Of a stretch of DNA of 32,000 nucleotides, positions 30,001 through 32,000 are shown piece after piece (position 1 is the first letter of the stretch; the number at the start of each line of letters is the position of its first letter). The position numbers and the translations under genes are program-made. The notes beneath the pieces were generated by a model. It had not been told where the DNA came from. It was given only the letters and a program-made list of their open reading frames with translations, and ran no database searches. Origin of the DNA: Nitrosopumilus sp. (GTDB lineage: Archaea; Thermoproteota; Nitrososphaeria; Nitrososphaerales; Nitrosopumilaceae); NCBI GenBank assembly GCA_965238065.1, contig OZ250170.1:1148422-1180421 (forward strand), in the 5' to 3' direction.

Positions 30001-32000
30001 TTAATCTTTGTCAATAAACTCGTTTATGCCTGGAGGGTCTGGAGCCAGCCCTTTTCTCTTTCTAATATCAGATATTGCCGCCTGAAACAATGATTTTGGA
30101 ACCTCGGTCCAGGCCTTAAATGACGTGTTCCATGTTGCACGTCCTGCAGTTTGCCCTCTCATTGCTTCAGATAGGGTAAATGTTTCAGAAGCTGGAATCT
30201 CACCTATAACGATACTTGATGCACCTTTTTGTGACATGTCGAGAACTTTGCCACGCTTGCCAGAAAGGACGGTTGCAACGTTTCCAACCAGGTCAGTCGG
30301 AACACGCACCTCAATTGCCAGAGTTGGCTCTAAAACAGTAGTCCCTGCAGTCAGTAATGCACCCATGCATGCACGACGGGAGGCAGGGCCTAGTTGGGAC
30401 AAGCCCCGGTGGGCAGTATCCTCGTGTGGGACAAAGTGTGTAAAGATAAACTTGCAATCCCTCATCTGTTCTCTACAGAGAGGGCCTTCTTTCATTACCT
30501 CATCAAAACCAGTATTGATGGAATCAGTTGATTCCTGTACAAACTGAACGCCCTTGGTTCCGTTAATCAGGACATTTCCACGTGAATCAAGCTTCATGAT
30601 TCTCTTGATTGTATCAGTGTCCCATCCCGCATCTTTGAGCCGGTCTGCGACAAATTTCTTGTCTTTCATCTCGCTGATTTCACCGGTTCTAAGCATGTTT
30701 GCAATATTGGGTTCTAGAGGCTCTACCTTCATGAAGATCTTGTTGTGTCTGTTAGGTGACTTTGACATGATTGGCTCACTTGTGCCCTTTACGGTCTCCC
30801 TGTAGTTAATCAGAGGCTCTGATGTTATAATCTCAATTTTGGCATCCTGTATACGATGGACAGCGACATCAAGGTGCAGTACGCCCATTCCTGCAACAAT
30901 AGTCTCACCGCTCTCTTGATCAATTTTTACGACAAGGTTGGGATCCTCGATTGTCAATTGTTTTAGAAATTCAACTAGTTTAGGCAAGTCTTTGGGATGT
31001 TTTGGCTCTATTGCAATTTGGACTACGGGTTCTGAGACATATTTTACTCCCTCAAACATTTGAGTGTCTTTGATGGAAGACAGAGTGTTTCCTGCCCGGG
31101 CATCAGTTAATCCCAACAATGCCGGGATGTTTCCCGCTCCAAGTTCTCCCACTTGTTCCCTTTGGTTTCCCATAAAAAAGTTTACAGATTGAATTCTTCC
31201 CTCCCTTTTCTCGTCAATTATGTTAATGGTTTGTCCGTCCTTGATTGTACCAGAGAACAGCCTGCCTATCGCAACAGGTCCTGCCGCAGGATCTAACACC
31301 ATATTTACAATCATCATGATTGTTGGGCCATCATCACTGCAAGCAAGCAGTGCCTTTCCAATATCAGAATCCAAATCCCCTTTCCAAATTTGCGGAATTC
31401 TGTACTTTACTGCCACATGTGGTGGAGGATGGTGTTTTACAACCATGCCAAGTATGGCCTCTGCTAGTGGTGCTTTTTCTACAAGTTCTGAAACTTTGTC
31501 ATTTTGATAGGCATCAATGACATCCTTGAATGTAAGTCCTTTCTCTTTCATTAGGTCAGTATTGATTGCCCATCTGTCCTTTGCAGAACCAAAGGTGACG
31601 CTGGCATCCTGAATTGACACTTTCCATTTTTCTCGGTATTCAGGTTCTGCGTATGTATCAATTAGCTGATTAAAGTTTGAAATGACTTCTGCTAGTTGCT
31701 GCTGCATCTTTTCAGGGGTCAGTTTGAGTTCTTTTATGAGCCTATCTACCTTGTTGATGAACAGGATAGGCTTCACCCTCTCTTCAAGCGCCATTCTAGT
31801 TACGGTCTCAGTCTGAGTCATGATGCCTTCCACTGCATCACACACCACAACTGCACCATCAATTGCCCTTAGGCTACGGATTACCCTTCCACTAAAGTCC
31901 ACGTGTCCGGGGGTATCAATCATGTTAATGACGTATTCTTTATCTTTTTGAGTAAAATGTAAAGTAACGTTTGCCTGATAGATTGTGATTCCTCTTTCCT
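30001..32000 (-). CDS. fusA: Translation elongation factor aEF-2, 5'-partial (N-terminus beyond the window end)
   Basis: ...ERGITIYQANVTLHF...MIDTPGHVDFSGRV..., GMGVLHLDVAVHRIQD, and the diphthamide-site region HEDTAHRGLSQLGPASRRA. The frame stays open to position 32000. Stop TAA at 30003-30001. Confidence 0.95.
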   Translation of the reverse strand, partial: ERGITIYQANVTLHFTQKDKEYVINMIDTPGHVDFSGRVIRSLRAIDGAVVVCDAVEGIMTQTETVTRMALEERVKPILFINKVDRLIKELKLTPEKMQQQLAEVISNFNQLIDTYAEPEYREKWKVSIQDASVTFGSAKDRWAINTDLMKEKGLTFKDVIDAYQNDKVSELVEKAPLAEAILGMVVKHHPPPHVAVKYRIPQIWKGDLDSDIGKALLACSDDGPTIMMIVNMVLDPAAGPVAIGRLFSGTIKDGQTINIIDEKREGRIQSVNFFMGNQREQVGELGAGNIPALLGLTDARAGNTLSSIKDTQMFEGVKYVSEPVVQIAIEPKHPKDLPKLVEFLKQLTIEDPNLVVKIDQESGETIVAGMGVLHLDVAVHRIQDAKIEIITSEPLINYRETVKGTSEPIMSKSPNRHNKIFMKVEPLEPNIANMLRTGEISEMKDKKFVADRLKDAGWDTDTIKRIMKLDSRGNVLINGTKGVQFVQESTDSINTGFDEVMKEGPLCREQMRDCKFIFTHFVPHEDTAHRGLSQLGPASRRACMGALLTAGTTVLEPTLAIEVRVPTDLVGNVATVLSGKRGKVLDMSQKGASSIVIGEIPASETFTLSEAMRGQTAGRATWNTSFKAWTEVPKSLFQAAISDIRKRKGLAPDPPGINEFIDKD

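Overview
AT-rich archaeal chromosome segment. The gene content (aEF-2, PAC2 proteasome chaperone, Lrp/AsnC regulator, Fe/Mn SOD, MqnE/CofH-type radical SAM, MTH1187 family) and base composition suggest a Nitrosopumilus-like thaumarchaeon, but that is inference only. I support about 24 protein genes. Three of them are Cys/His-rich ORFs of 48-57 aa, below the 60-aa cutoff of the ORF track. I found no tRNA, rRNA or CRISPR array by eye.

Two things stand out. (1) The window is saturated with non-autonomous mobile DNA. There are at least four miniature inverted-repeat element families, which I name ad hoc MITE-A (~100 bp), MITE-B (~83 bp), MITE-C (~58-60 bp) and MITE-D (285 bp). There is also a decayed IS1595-family element, a second IS1595-type remnant, a frameshifted IS4/ISH3-type IS, and a 349-bp MITE derived from that IS. 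I could read twelve insertion events with 8-bp target-site duplications directly. Most of them are insertions of one element into another, nested up to three or four deep. All three transposase genes in the window are dead. (2) There are two unusual secreted repeat proteins. One is an 808-aa protein whose middle is 80 perfect in-frame copies of a 15-bp unit, giving (MMDDT)x80. The other is an 1868-aa protein with 12 FG-GAP repeats and four Ig-like double modules, sitting between MITE fields.

Many six-frame ORFs are repeat shadows or MITE read-throughs and are rejected. All family calls come from motif recognition by eye, not from searches.
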